DNA of 64,000 bases. It comes from an uncultured candidate division Zixibacteria bacterium (GTDB lineage Bacteria > Zixibacteria > MSB-5A5 > GN15 > FEB-12). Position 1 is the first letter of the stretch; every line of letters begins with the position of its first letter. The notes beneath the pieces are model-generated. The model was not told where the DNA came from, did no database searches, and worked only from the letters and a program-made list of their open reading frames with translations. The position numbers and the translations under genes were made by a program. Where the stretch lies: contig OY760907.1 in assembly GCA_963664195.1 (NCBI GenBank), forward strand, positions 2,240,001 through 2,304,000. The letters are read 5' to 3'. Below are positions 25,293 through 35,136 of the stretch, one piece after another.

Positions 25293-26909
25293 ATGTCTAA
25301 TCGTACCGTTTCTTTCAGGGAACTGACCGTTGCCACGGTTTCGTGTCTGCTGTTGTTCTTCTGCTTTATCTGCTTGTTCGGGTGTGGCGAAAAAGATGCC
25401 TGGGCGGAAGTGGAGGAGATCGTAAACGGCGAAGTCACTTACGGCGTGGACCAGTTCGTTCTGGACAAGTTGGAAGAGAACCGCATCGTCATGATGGCCG
25501 ATTGCGGCCACGGCTATCGTCTGTACTTGCAGAGCGTCATCAGCGTACTTGACCACTGGTTGAAAGTGAACACTGAAGCCGAAGGCAACGTCGCGCAGGT
25601 GTGCCCGAGTCTCATCCTTGTGCTGGAGAGGGACTCGGTCAAGCTGAGAGAGACTTTGGAGTGGTCTGAGAACGGGGGGCCGTGGTGGGATGACTATTGT
25701 GCATCGATGTACTCTCCGCATCGCACGACAGCCTCTATCGAATTTCACAAAGACATCGTCTGTATTAGAAACGCGGTGGAGGAATACAACGAACGATGTG
25801 CTATGGACAAACGACTCGACTTCCATGTCTTCGGACCCGAAATGCCGATTGATCCCGATCAGTGGTCAGTCGAGCAAGGAAGGCAGTTTTTTCTCCATGA
25901 GAGGGACGAGTATTCGTCCCAAAAGGTTATTGATCTGCTGGAACGATGTCCGGAGAGCAAGGCACTGATATTCTATGGCAGTGCCCACCTCGAGAAGGGA
26001 CTGGTGACGAAGCCTGCCTGCCCGTTAGAAGCCGAGGGTTACTACCTTGCTCACTACCTGACTGAACGCTTTGCTGCCGATGGCGGAGTGTACACCATGG
26101 TGCAGACTCCCGTTGATCGAGGACCATGGGCGCTGCGGACACATCAAGGACATCCCGAGGTCGACTTCATGGTTGAACGCCAGACCCTGGATCGCTTGGC
26201 AGATTGCGGAAACTTGCCCGAATCGAAGGTGGATGCTCTGGCGGTTTTGTACGGAGACTCGGCGTTGGGGATGTCGGTTTCGCATGTGTTCACTGCCAGT
26301 TCGGTGCAGTGTACGATAGATAGATTGCCGGGGATTGTCGATACGGCAAACGATTTTCGCACCTTGAACCGTCGATCATCCGAATGGTACTTGTCCGTAA
26401 TCAGCGGGAGAATGCCGGACAGTGTTAGCCTCAACGATCCGGCGATGATTGATCTAGCGGTTGCGAAATGGCAGGCGTGGTATGAATCAAGCGATCTCAA
26501 CCTTATGGCAGACATCGAGAACTTGGCGATTTGGAGCCGACTCATCGACAACCTTGCGGCGGCACCTGTCGATGCAGAGGAATACTGCCGCAATCTGTTG
26601 CTGAGAACCTTCCAGATTGAGAAGCCCTGGGAATGGAGGGACACGATTCCCGCCCCCTCTGCCCAGGCTGCATTCTTCCGCGAGTACCTCAGGCAAAACG
26701 AAAGGCAGCTGGTGATCGAACAGTTGGTCGGGCTTCTCTGGATAGGCACGCCCGAGGAACAGAAGCAAGCGGCAGAGTTACTAGTTGATATGACCGGCGA
26801 AAACTACGAGACTCCAAAGGAATGGATGAACTGGTGGTACAAATCGCTCACGAAGGGTGAATTGAGGCGGGTCGAAGTTGACCCCGACCTGCTGGAAGGG
26901 CACATCTAG
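25293..26909 (+). CDS. Lipoprotein with EreA/ChaN/TraB-like domain and HEAT-like C-terminus
   Basis: Lipobox 'LFGC', 'RIVMMAD..H', 'ERD', 'KALIFYGSAHL'. GGGGAGG RBS before ATG 25293. Confidence 0.55.
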   Translation: MSNRTVSFRELTVATVSCLLLFFCFICLFGCGEKDAWAEVEEIVNGEVTYGVDQFVLDKLEENRIVMMADCGHGYRLYLQSVISVLDHWLKVNTEAEGNVAQVCPSLILVLERDSVKLRETLEWSENGGPWWDDYCASMYSPHRTTASIEFHKDIVCIRNAVEEYNERCAMDKRLDFHVFGPEMPIDPDQWSVEQGRQFFLHERDEYSSQKVIDLLERCPESKALIFYGSAHLEKGLVTKPACPLEAEGYYLAHYLTERFAADGGVYTMVQTPVDRGPWALRTHQGHPEVDFMVERQTLDRLADCGNLPESKVDALAVLYGDSALGMSVSHVFTASSVQCTIDRLPGIVDTANDFRTLNRRSSEWYLSVISGRMPDSVSLNDPAMIDLAVAKWQAWYESSDLNLMADIENLAIWSRLIDNLAAAPVDAEEYCRNLLLRTFQIEKPWEWRDTIPAPSAQAAFFREYLRQNERQLVIEQLVGLLWIGTPEEQKQAAELLVDMTGENYETPKEWMNWWYKSLTKGELRRVEVDPDLLEGHI

Positions 26910-26912
26910 TCG

Positions 26913-28448
26913 GTGCAGAAAAACAACGACAGCGAGAGGCACAGTCTCAAACAGACAATCGGGCTCTATGCCGGTCCGATAGTAGCACTCAGTATTCTGT
27001 TTTTCGCCGACCTCGATCCTTCCAATCCTCTTGTCACGCGCGCTGCAGCCGTTGCCGTGTTGATGGCCGTCTGGTGGATTACCGAGGCTATCCCCATTCC
27101 CGCGACCGCGCTCCTTCCGGTAGCTTTGTTCCCGCTGCTGGGAATCATGAAAGGCAAAGAAGTCGCCGGGACCTATTTCAACAGTATAATCTTCCTGTTC
27201 ATTGGCGGATTCATCATGGCGCTCGCTATGCAGCGATGGAACCTGCACCGCAGGATCGCGCTCAAAACGATGCTTCTGATCGGCTCCTCGCCAAATCGAA
27301 TCCTGCTCGGGTTCATGGCCGCAACCGCCTTTCTCTCGATGTGGATTTCCAACACGGCGACAACGATGATGATGGTGCCAATCGCGATGGCCGTCATTGT
27401 GAAGATCAAAGAGGAATCGCCCGACAACACCGGCTCACGTTTTGCGGTCGGTCTGTTGATCGGCATCGCCTATTCTGCGTCCATCGGAGGCATCGCGACT
27501 TTGATCGGGACGCCCCCGAATCTGTCGTTTTCGCGCATATTTGCGATCTATTTCCCCAACGCGCCTGAGATCACGTTTGCCGGCTGGATGGCATTCGGTC
27601 TGCCGGTGTCGATTGTGTTTCTCGCGATTGCCTGGGCACTTCTGGCTTTTTTGTTCGGTCCCGGTAAGAGAAAGATGACTGCTGGCCGTGACCTGTTCCG
27701 TGAGGAATACAAACGGCTTGGCCGAATGTCATTTGAGGAAAATGCCGTGCTGGTAATGTTTGTCCTGTTGGCCCTGCTGTGGCTTCTGAGAAAAGAGATC
27801 GTGCTCGGCTCGTTCACGATTCCCGGTTGGTCGACAATCCTGCCGGTGCCTGCGTTTGTCGACGACGGTACGGTTGCGATTGCTGTCGCGTTACTGCTCT
27901 TCCTGATTCCTTCTCGCACTAAACCGGGCAAACGCCTGATGAACTGGACCACCGCCCAGAAACTGCATTGGGGTATTGTGATCCTTTTTGGTGGCGGATT
28001 TGCCCTGGCCAGCGGATTCAAGGAATCCGGACTCGCCGTCTGGGTTGCCGAACAGGCGGCTGGATTGGCCGGACTATCTCCTGTGTTGCTCGTAGCGTGG
28101 GTGTCGACGACACTGACCTTCTTAACTGAGCTGACTTCAAACACAGCCACGACCGAGATGATCCTGCCGTTGCTCGGCTCGCTGGCGGTAGCCATCAAGG
28201 TCAACCCGCTGCTATTAATGATCCCGGCGACTTTGTCCGCCTCCTGTGCCTTCATGCTGCCCGTTGCCACGCCGCCGAATGCGATTGTATTCGGCACCGG
28301 AGAGGTACGGATGGCTGACATGATCCGTGTGGGAATCTTCATGAATATCATTGGTGTTGTGTTGATAACGTCCTTCATTTATCTATTAGGATTGCCTGTG
28401 TTCGATATTGATCCCGGCGTACTGCCGGACTGGGCGATATCCGGTTAG
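26913..28448 (+). CDS. DASS/SLC13 family Na+/dicarboxylate-sulfate symporter
   Basis: 'WWITEAIP', 'SMWISNTATT', 'IGTPPN', 'TELTSNTAT', 'FMLPVATPPNAI' and many TM helices. Confidence 0.93.
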   Translation: MQKNNDSERHSLKQTIGLYAGPIVALSILFFADLDPSNPLVTRAAAVAVLMAVWWITEAIPIPATALLPVALFPLLGIMKGKEVAGTYFNSIIFLFIGGFIMALAMQRWNLHRRIALKTMLLIGSSPNRILLGFMAATAFLSMWISNTATTMMMVPIAMAVIVKIKEESPDNTGSRFAVGLLIGIAYSASIGGIATLIGTPPNLSFSRIFAIYFPNAPEITFAGWMAFGLPVSIVFLAIAWALLAFLFGPGKRKMTAGRDLFREEYKRLGRMSFEENAVLVMFVLLALLWLLRKEIVLGSFTIPGWSTILPVPAFVDDGTVAIAVALLLFLIPSRTKPGKRLMNWTTAQKLHWGIVILFGGGFALASGFKESGLAVWVAEQAAGLAGLSPVLLVAWVSTTLTFLTELTSNTATTEMILPLLGSLAVAIKVNPLLLMIPATLSASCAFMLPVATPPNAIVFGTGEVRMADMIRVGIFMNIIGVVLITSFIYLLGLPVFDIDPGVLPDWAISG

Positions 28449-28679
28449 CATCCCCCGTGAACCAGTTATCCACATTCTGTGTTTTCCTGCCGAAATTCTG
28501 GAACCACCTGACTTTGTGGCACGTTCTTCGAGGGAATGGTACGTACAGGTTGAACGCCGCTAACACAGGCTGCATAACCCATATTTGTTGACATGCTCCC
28601 AGGTCTGTCGTTACATGGTGCGGTCTGGTACGTAAAATAGATAATACCGATTTTTACTTGATACGTAGAGGTTATCCTG

Positions 28680-29495
28680 ATGGAAAACTGGATGGAAATT
28701 GTACAGACGTATGCAACTGAGTACGGACTCAATATCATAGCAGCGGTTGCTATTCTCATCATCGGTCGCATAGTGGTTGGTATGCTCACCGGTGTCGTCA
28801 AGCGATTGATGAAAAAGGCGAACGTCGAAGATACTCTGACGAGGTTTGTGGCCAGCCTTACGCGCATCGCTCTGATGGTCTTCGTGTTCATTGCCGCGCT
28901 CGATCAGCTTGGTGTCGAGACCGCCTCGTTTATTGCCATCATCGGTGCGGCCGGTTTGGCAGTCGGTTTTGCTTTGCAGGGTTCCCTGTCGAACTTTGCA
29001 TCCGGTGTGATGTTGATCATGTTCCGCCCGTTCAAAGCCGGCGACTTCGTTGAGGCAGGTGGCACCGCCGGCGTGGTAGACGCTATTCGTATCTTCAACA
29101 CGATTCTCAAGACCCCGGACAATAAGACAGTTATCGTTCCGAATAGCGGCATTACCGGCGGCAACATCGTCAACTATTCCGCTCAGGAGACGCGCCGTGT
29201 GGATATGGTCTTCGGCATCGGCTATGGCGATGACATCAAGAAAGCCAAGGAAATACTGCATAAGATACTCGACGACGACCCGCGCATACTGAAGGATCCG
29301 GCGCCGGTGGTTGTGGTTGGCGAGCTTGCCGATAGCTCGGTGAACTTCAACGTTCGCCCGTGGGTGAAGACTGCTGACTATTGGGGCGTTTACGGCGATG
29401 TTCACGAAAGAGTCAAGTTGACTTTTGACGAACAGAATATCTCTATACCCTTCCCGCAACAGGACGTTCACATGCACCAAGTCACCAATTCCTAA
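28680..29495 (+). CDS. mscS: Small-conductance mechanosensitive channel
   Basis: 'GAAGLAVGFALQGSLSNFASG', 'RPFKAGD', 'VIVPN', 'ISIPFPQ'. Confidence 0.93.
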   Translation: MENWMEIVQTYATEYGLNIIAAVAILIIGRIVVGMLTGVVKRLMKKANVEDTLTRFVASLTRIALMVFVFIAALDQLGVETASFIAIIGAAGLAVGFALQGSLSNFASGVMLIMFRPFKAGDFVEAGGTAGVVDAIRIFNTILKTPDNKTVIVPNSGITGGNIVNYSAQETRRVDMVFGIGYGDDIKKAKEILHKILDDDPRILKDPAPVVVVGELADSSVNFNVRPWVKTADYWGVYGDVHERVKLTFDEQNISIPFPQQDVHMHQVTNS

Positions 29496-29506
29496 CGGAG
29501 GATATC

Positions 29507-30409
29507 ATGTCACTTTTTAAGAGACTAAGCTCGATTGCATTTATTGTCTGTATTACTCTAATCGGAACGGCTTCGGCCCAGGATGCTGAAGCACCGGTCG
29601 GTTGGAATACCGCGCTTTCCCTCGATTTCACGACAACGCAAGCTGCTTACTCAGACTCATGGGCCGGCGGTGAAGCCGGGTCGTTCAGTTGGGTAACCAA
29701 CCTTAACGGTACTGCCGAGAAGGCGCTCTCCCCGAAGTTCAATTTCAGGTCGGCCTTGAAGGTCTCATTTGGTCAAACGATGAGTCAGGATGCCGAGACG
29801 AAGAAGTGGAAGAAGCCGGCCAAGTCGACCGATCTGATCGATTGGGAAAACGTCGGCCGCTTCACCCTGCACAAGTACGTTGATCCGTTTGTCGCTTTCC
29901 GCGTAGAGACGCAGTTTCTCAACGCTTCGCATCCTGACAAGAATCTGTATCTGTCGCCGATGAGATTTACCGAGTCGGCCGGTATCGCCCGGAAGTTCTA
30001 CACCAAAGACGATGACCAGATTCTCTCTCGATTGGGTTTCGCCATGCGTCAGACTATGACGAAGAGCATTATCGACGATGATCTGAACACGGAAACCGTG
30101 ACTGAGACGGACGGCGGTCTTGAGTCCGTCACGGACGTTGTCCTTACGGTCAACGAGCGGATGAAGTACACCGGCAAGCTGACCTTGTACAAGGCGGTGA
30201 CCTACTCCAAGAAGGATGAGGTCGCAGGCGAAGTGTACGCAGATTATTGGAAGGCTATCGACATCAACTGGGAGAACATTGTGAATGCTCAGTTGTCGAA
30301 GGTTATCGCGGTGAATTTCTACACGCAGATTCTGTATGACAAGCAGGTAGAACTCCGCGCCCGTTTCAAAGAGACGCTTGGCATCGGGTTTGTCTTCAAG
30401 CTGATGTAG
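29507..30409 (+). CDS. Outer-membrane beta-barrel protein (DUF3078-like)
   Basis: Signal peptide, 'QAAYSDSWAGG', 'KSTD', 'INWEN', alternating beta strands and a terminal 'LGIGFVFKL'. Confidence 0.7.
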   Translation: MSLFKRLSSIAFIVCITLIGTASAQDAEAPVGWNTALSLDFTTTQAAYSDSWAGGEAGSFSWVTNLNGTAEKALSPKFNFRSALKVSFGQTMSQDAETKKWKKPAKSTDLIDWENVGRFTLHKYVDPFVAFRVETQFLNASHPDKNLYLSPMRFTESAGIARKFYTKDDDQILSRLGFAMRQTMTKSIIDDDLNTETVTETDGGLESVTDVVLTVNERMKYTGKLTLYKAVTYSKKDEVAGEVYADYWKAIDINWENIVNAQLSKVIAVNFYTQILYDKQVELRARFKETLGIGFVFKLM

Positions 30410-30480
30410 ACAGGATGTCGGGTTTCTCATCCGCAAGGTTTGCGGATTCGGAACACCGAGGTGCAAGAGATCGCATACGA

Positions 30481-30511
30481 AAACCGGCAGAGCATTTTGC
30501 TCTGCCGGTTT
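30481..30511. terminator. Bidirectional intrinsic terminator between convergent genes
   Basis: Perfect 14-bp inverted repeat aaaccggcagagca/tgctctgccggttt. Confidence 0.8.
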
Positions 30512-30527
30512 GTTTATTATGAGTCAG

Positions 30528-31766
30528 TCACACTGAGCTTGTCGAAGTGTGCACCTTCATCTCTTTCGTCTGGCCGATTACCGCGGCACCGACCGAGTCG
30601 CCCCAGACGTTCACCGTCGTGCGGCACCGGTCAAGGAACCAGTCAATCGCAAAGATCAACCCGATGCCTTCCATCGGCAGGTTCACTGCTGAGAGCACCA
30701 TCACCATCATCACCGTCCCGGCGTGGGGGATGCCCGCCGCGCCAATGGAGGCAAGAGTTGCGGTGAGGAAGATAATCACCTGTTGGCCCAGAGTCAGGTC
30801 AATGCCGGATATCTGTGCGATGAACATTGCCGCAACAGCCTCATAGAGCGCAGTACCGTCCATGTTGATAGTCGCGCCCAACGGCAGCACAAATGAGGCG
30901 GCGCGCGGGTCAACGTGGTTTTTGTTCTCGACCGCATCGATAGTAATCGGCAGAGTCGCCGAGGACGAAGCGGTCGTAAACGCGGTCGCGAGTGCCTCGC
31001 CGACGCCCACGAAATATCTCCAGGGGTTCTTTTTGCCGAAAAACGAAAGCAACAACGGGAGCGTGACGAGCGCGTGAAAAAGCAGTCCCGCGATCACCGT
31101 CAGCGAATACATGCCGAGGCCGGAAATCAACTGATCGAACGAATCTCGTTCTTCTGCCACAATGCCGCCGATCAATGCCATCACACCTATCGGGGCGAAG
31201 TAGATTATCAAGTTGACGATCTTCATCATTGCGGCGTTGATGCCGCCGAACAACTCGACTACCGGTTTGCCCTTCTCGCCGATGACCGTTAACACGCCGC
31301 CAAACAAGAGGGAGAACACAATCAACGGGAGTATCTGGCCCTCGGCGGCTGACTTGATCACGTTTGGTGTGACGAGGCCGTTGAGGACATCCATGATCCC
31401 CTTGCCCTGCCCTTTGGCGACAACATCCGGTACGGTTGTCTCCCATATTTCAACCCCTACGCCCGGTTGGAGGATGTTGACCAAAACCAACCCGACCAAT
31501 ACCGAAGCCCCCGTGGTGAATAGGTAAAACAACAGGGTCTTCACACCCGTACGCCCGAGCGTGCGAACATCGCCCAGCGAGGTAACGCCGATAATCATCG
31601 AGGCCACAACAAGCGGTATGACGACCATTTTGAGACTGTTCAAGAAGATCGTGCCGAGAAACTTGAGGTGGAGCATCGTGTCCCCGAGGAAGAGTCCCCC
31701 GAGCACGCCAAGTACGGCGCCGCCGATCATGCCCAGCAGAATGAGATTGCCGGTCTTAGTCGTCAT
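30528..31766 (-). CDS. Dicarboxylate/amino acid:cation symporter (DAACS, GltP-like)
   Basis: 'TAFTTASSSATLP', 'LPLGATINMDGTALYE', 'ASIGAAGIP', 'DWFLDRCRTTVNVWGD'. Confidence 0.93.
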   Translation of the reverse strand: MTTKTGNLILLGMIGGAVLGVLGGLFLGDTMLHLKFLGTIFLNSLKMVVIPLVVASMIIGVTSLGDVRTLGRTGVKTLLFYLFTTGASVLVGLVLVNILQPGVGVEIWETTVPDVVAKGQGKGIMDVLNGLVTPNVIKSAAEGQILPLIVFSLLFGGVLTVIGEKGKPVVELFGGINAAMMKIVNLIIYFAPIGVMALIGGIVAEERDSFDQLISGLGMYSLTVIAGLLFHALVTLPLLLSFFGKKNPWRYFVGVGEALATAFTTASSSATLPITIDAVENKNHVDPRAASFVLPLGATINMDGTALYEAVAAMFIAQISGIDLTLGQQVIIFLTATLASIGAAGIPHAGTVMMVMVLSAVNLPMEGIGLIFAIDWFLDRCRTTVNVWGDSVGAAVIGQTKEMKVHTSTSSV

Positions 31767-31867
31767 TGCGGAATCCTTTCGAGGTCGGAATCACGTTGCA
31801 TAGAACTATCTATCAGTAACGAATGAACGGCGACATATCAACAAGGTTTTTGCGGAAGCTGAGGGGC

Positions 31868-33217
31868 CTACAGACCCATCCGGACGAAATAGTCTTTCAA
31901 GGCAGCTCGGACTTTTCCCGATAGCAGGAGCGCGCCAACAAGCGTGGGGATAGCCATCATCGCAAAACAGGTGTCGATTATGTTCACCACCGTCCCCGGA
32001 TCAAGCCAGGCCGCCACCGGAAGACTGATGAGGTAGACGTAGACGTACCAACCCCCGACTCGTGATCCGAAGAGATACTTGGCGCATTTGAGCGAGTAAT
32101 AGGAGTAGGAGATCATTGTCGTCACCGAGAACATAATGACGACCAGAGTCATCATATAGCGACCAAACGAACCGAGGACACTGGAGAATGCGTTAACTGT
32201 TACCATCACGCCCTCTGAGTCGCTGGACAACTCGCCGCTCAGCACACCGGTCGACATGATGACGAGGGCAGTGAGAGTACACACGATATTCGTGTCGAGG
32301 AAGGGGCCAAGCATCGCAATCAAACCTTCACGCACCGGTTCCTTCGTTTTGGCAGCGCCGTGAGCCATGGGAGCCGTGCCGACACCAGCTTCGTTGGAGA
32401 AGGCGGCCCGTTTGATGCCGGTACGCATGACTTCTTTCATCGCCACCCCGGTCGCCCCGCCGAGGACTGCCTGACCTCCGAATGCGGCACTGAAGATCGA
32501 TTGGATGATCTCAGGAATAACCGCGTAATGGTATATGATGATCCCAAGGGCTGACACGAGGTATAGCAAAAACATCGCCGGTACGACTCTTGAGGAAACA
32601 AATCCCACCCGCTTGATTCCGCCGAGTATGACGATTCCCACCAGTACCATGCAGACAAGTCCGGTGTGAACGCTATTGATTTGATAATCGGCGTGGATTA
32701 GTTCCGCGAGTTGATTGACCTGAAAGAGTGCCAGGCAACCGATCATGCCGCAGACCGCAAACAGGATTGCCAGCGGCTTGAACGCTTTGCCCAGCCCGAC
32801 CTCAAGGTAGTACATGGGGCCGCCCTGGTCGACACCGTTTTCGTCTTTCTGGCGATACATGGTCGCCAGGGTGCAGGTGAAGAACTTGGTCGACATGCCG
32901 ACCAGCCCCGCCACCCACATCCAGAAGACTGATCCCGGTCCGCCGACCGAAAGCGCGATTGCCACGCCTGCTATGTTGCCCATGCCGATGGTGGCAGACA
33001 GGGCCGAGGACAGCGCCTGGAAGTGACTAATTTCGCCGGGATCCTTTTCGTGGTCGAACTTGCCTTGAAGAATGTGAATCGCGTGTTTGATGGCCCGAAA
33101 CGGCAGGAGACTGCCGGCCAGAGTGAAATAGATTCCTGCACCTACTAACAAGTAGACCAACCATGGTCCCCAGGCAAGATCAACGGCTTCCGACCAGAAA
33201 GTATTAAACGCGTCCAA
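31868..33217 (-). CDS. Alanine/glycine:cation symporter (AGCS family)
   Basis: 'FQALSSALSATIGMGNIAGVA', 'GGPG.VFWMW', 'GGPMYY', 'FSNEAG.GTAPMAH'. Probable TTG start after AAAGGA. Confidence 0.9.
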   Translation of the reverse strand: MDAFNTFWSEAVDLAWGPWLVYLLVGAGIYFTLAGSLLPFRAIKHAIHILQGKFDHEKDPGEISHFQALSSALSATIGMGNIAGVAIALSVGGPGSVFWMWVAGLVGMSTKFFTCTLATMYRQKDENGVDQGGPMYYLEVGLGKAFKPLAILFAVCGMIGCLALFQVNQLAELIHADYQINSVHTGLVCMVLVGIVILGGIKRVGFVSSRVVPAMFLLYLVSALGIIIYHYAVIPEIIQSIFSAAFGGQAVLGGATGVAMKEVMRTGIKRAAFSNEAGVGTAPMAHGAAKTKEPVREGLIAMLGPFLDTNIVCTLTALVIMSTGVLSGELSSDSEGVMVTVNAFSSVLGSFGRYMMTLVVIMFSVTTMISYSYYSLKCAKYLFGSRVGGWYVYVYLISLPVAAWLDPGTVVNIIDTCFAMMAIPTLVGALLLSGKVRAALKDYFVRMGL

Positions 33218-33492
33218 GCGGATTCCTTTTGTGATGGCGGCAACGGCCGGGGATGGTTCTGTGCGACACGGGGATGTTCGGTCACACGCTTCACACACCT
33301 GCTGCACGCAATAAACGGCCGGCCCCAAGTATGGGCAAGTTCAAAACGGGCAACTCCCGCCGACCAATTGTCCTGAGGGCGCTCGCTGGCCAACAGTTTT
33401 TCTTGTTTAAGAACCCATTATCGACCATATTAACCGTTCCCGCGGAGAATGACAGGGTACCTGGACACGTTTTTTGTTTTTGCAGGGCAAGT

Positions 33493-35136
33493 ATGCTGAA
33501 GCTTATAGGCACCGATGGCAGTCGACTGTACGATTTTGATCTTTTGCCAGGCACGCACGATGTGGGGCGAGTGGAAGAGCGGTCGATCTGTATTCCACAC
33601 AAAACTATCTCACGAAAACACGCGGTGATTGAGGTTCCCACTGAAGGCGAGCCGATCACTATTTCCGACACTGGCAGTCACAACGGGACGGTTGTCAATG
33701 ACAGACGGATTTCTTCGCCTACCGTGATCAAATCCGGAGATCGAATCATGTTCGGTGGCACCGATTTCCGAATCAAGGAGACGGGCGAGGCAGTTCCTGT
33801 CGTGCCAAGACCGACTTTGCTGGCCGATAGTGAACCGGAGAAGTCGGTTTTCATGCCTCTCAACGAGGTTCTGCGGCCCCTTCCGGCCAAGGTCACTGAA
33901 TTGCCTGAGTTGTTCAACACGGTTTCTGAGATGGCACGAACCCTTGATGTAGACGAGTCACGCGATGACATGCTCGAACGCTATCTGAAGCTGGTGAACA
34001 AAGTGATCCCGGCCGAGCGCTTGGCGATCTTGATGACTGATGAGCAGAGCGGTGATATCTATGCCGCGGCGACCCTGCTTCCGACCGGCAAAGATTCTGG
34101 CTCGTTCAGTCTCTCGCGCACCATTGCCAGCCAGATTCTCACCGAGAAAAATGCAATCCTGATAGGAAACCCCGAGGATGATCCGCGCTTCGCCCAGCAG
34201 GAATCGATCATTATGTCCGATCTTCGTTCGGCTATGGCGGTACCACTTTTCGATGCCGGTAAGGTGCTCGGTATCCTGTACGTCGACACCTCGAATCCGA
34301 TGCATCGCTATACCGACGACTACCTCAGAGTGCTTGCGACGTTCGGCAATATCATTGCCGCGCGCCTGTTGAACTACGAGCAATTGGAGGAACGACAGGA
34401 AAAAAAGGTTCTCGATGCCGAGTTAAAGCGTGCCTCAGGCATTCAGCAGGCCCTCCTGATTAATGATATTCCGGAGATACCCGGATATGCGGTCTGCCCT
34501 TACCAGAAGACATGTCTGCAAGTCGGAGGTGACTTGTACGACATAGTGACGCTGCCGGATGGTCGTGCAGTGTTTGTTGTGGCTGATGTTAGCGGCAAGG
34601 GAATGGGGGCGGCACTGCTGATGTCCAATATCCTGGCGTCCTTCAGGATTCTGTACAACGTATCTGAATTTACGCTCGGTGAGGTAGTACACCTGGTATC
34701 GGCGCAGCTGTATCGTTCGAGCGCTCCGGCCGACTTCGCTACGCTTTTCGTCGGCGTGCTCAGTCCGGAGGAAAATCGCATGGCCTACATCAACGCCGGC
34801 CACAACCCGCCGGTACTGGTGAGAGCCAACGGGGAGATCGAACACTTGGAAGCCAACGGTATCATGATCGGCGCGTTTGATATAGGCAGCTGGGGTGAGG
34901 GTGAAATAGAAATGAACCCGGCCGACCTGCTGTTTGTGTTCTCAGACGGGGTCACAGAGGCGGACCGGGGCGATGAGATGTTCTCCGACGAGAGACTGGA
35001 GAAGGCACTCGGTGACTACATGGAACTGGATCCGAAACCACTGGTTGAACAGTTGATGACCGATATCGAGGCCTTCCTGGAGGGCGCCCCGAGGTCTGAT
35101 GACATCACAATGCTCGCACTCAAGAGGAATTCCTAA
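33493..35136 (+). CDS. FHA-GAF-PP2C (SpoIIE-like) phosphatase
   Basis: FHA 'VGR..ISRKHA..D.GSHNGT.VN', GAF 'RSAMAVPL..GILYVD', PP2C 'VGGDLYD..ADVSGKG..NAGH..SDGVTE..DDIT'. Confidence 0.9.
   Translation: MLKLIGTDGSRLYDFDLLPGTHDVGRVEERSICIPHKTISRKHAVIEVPTEGEPITISDTGSHNGTVVNDRRISSPTVIKSGDRIMFGGTDFRIKETGEAVPVVPRPTLLADSEPEKSVFMPLNEVLRPLPAKVTELPELFNTVSEMARTLDVDESRDDMLERYLKLVNKVIPAERLAILMTDEQSGDIYAAATLLPTGKDSGSFSLSRTIASQILTEKNAILIGNPEDDPRFAQQESIIMSDLRSAMAVPLFDAGKVLGILYVDTSNPMHRYTDDYLRVLATFGNIIAARLLNYEQLEERQEKKVLDAELKRASGIQQALLINDIPEIPGYAVCPYQKTCLQVGGDLYDIVTLPDGRAVFVVADVSGKGMGAALLMSNILASFRILYNVSEFTLGEVVHLVSAQLYRSSAPADFATLFVGVLSPEENRMAYINAGHNPPVLVRANGEIEHLEANGIMIGAFDIGSWGEGEIEMNPADLLFVFSDGVTEADRGDEMFSDERLEKALGDYMELDPKPLVEQLMTDIEAFLEGAPRSDDITMLALKRNS

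Noticed and set aside
33217..33400. Glycine riboswitch upstream of the AGCS transporter
   Set aside because: The expected GGAGA/CCGAAG/CTCAGG motifs were not found on the minus strand.
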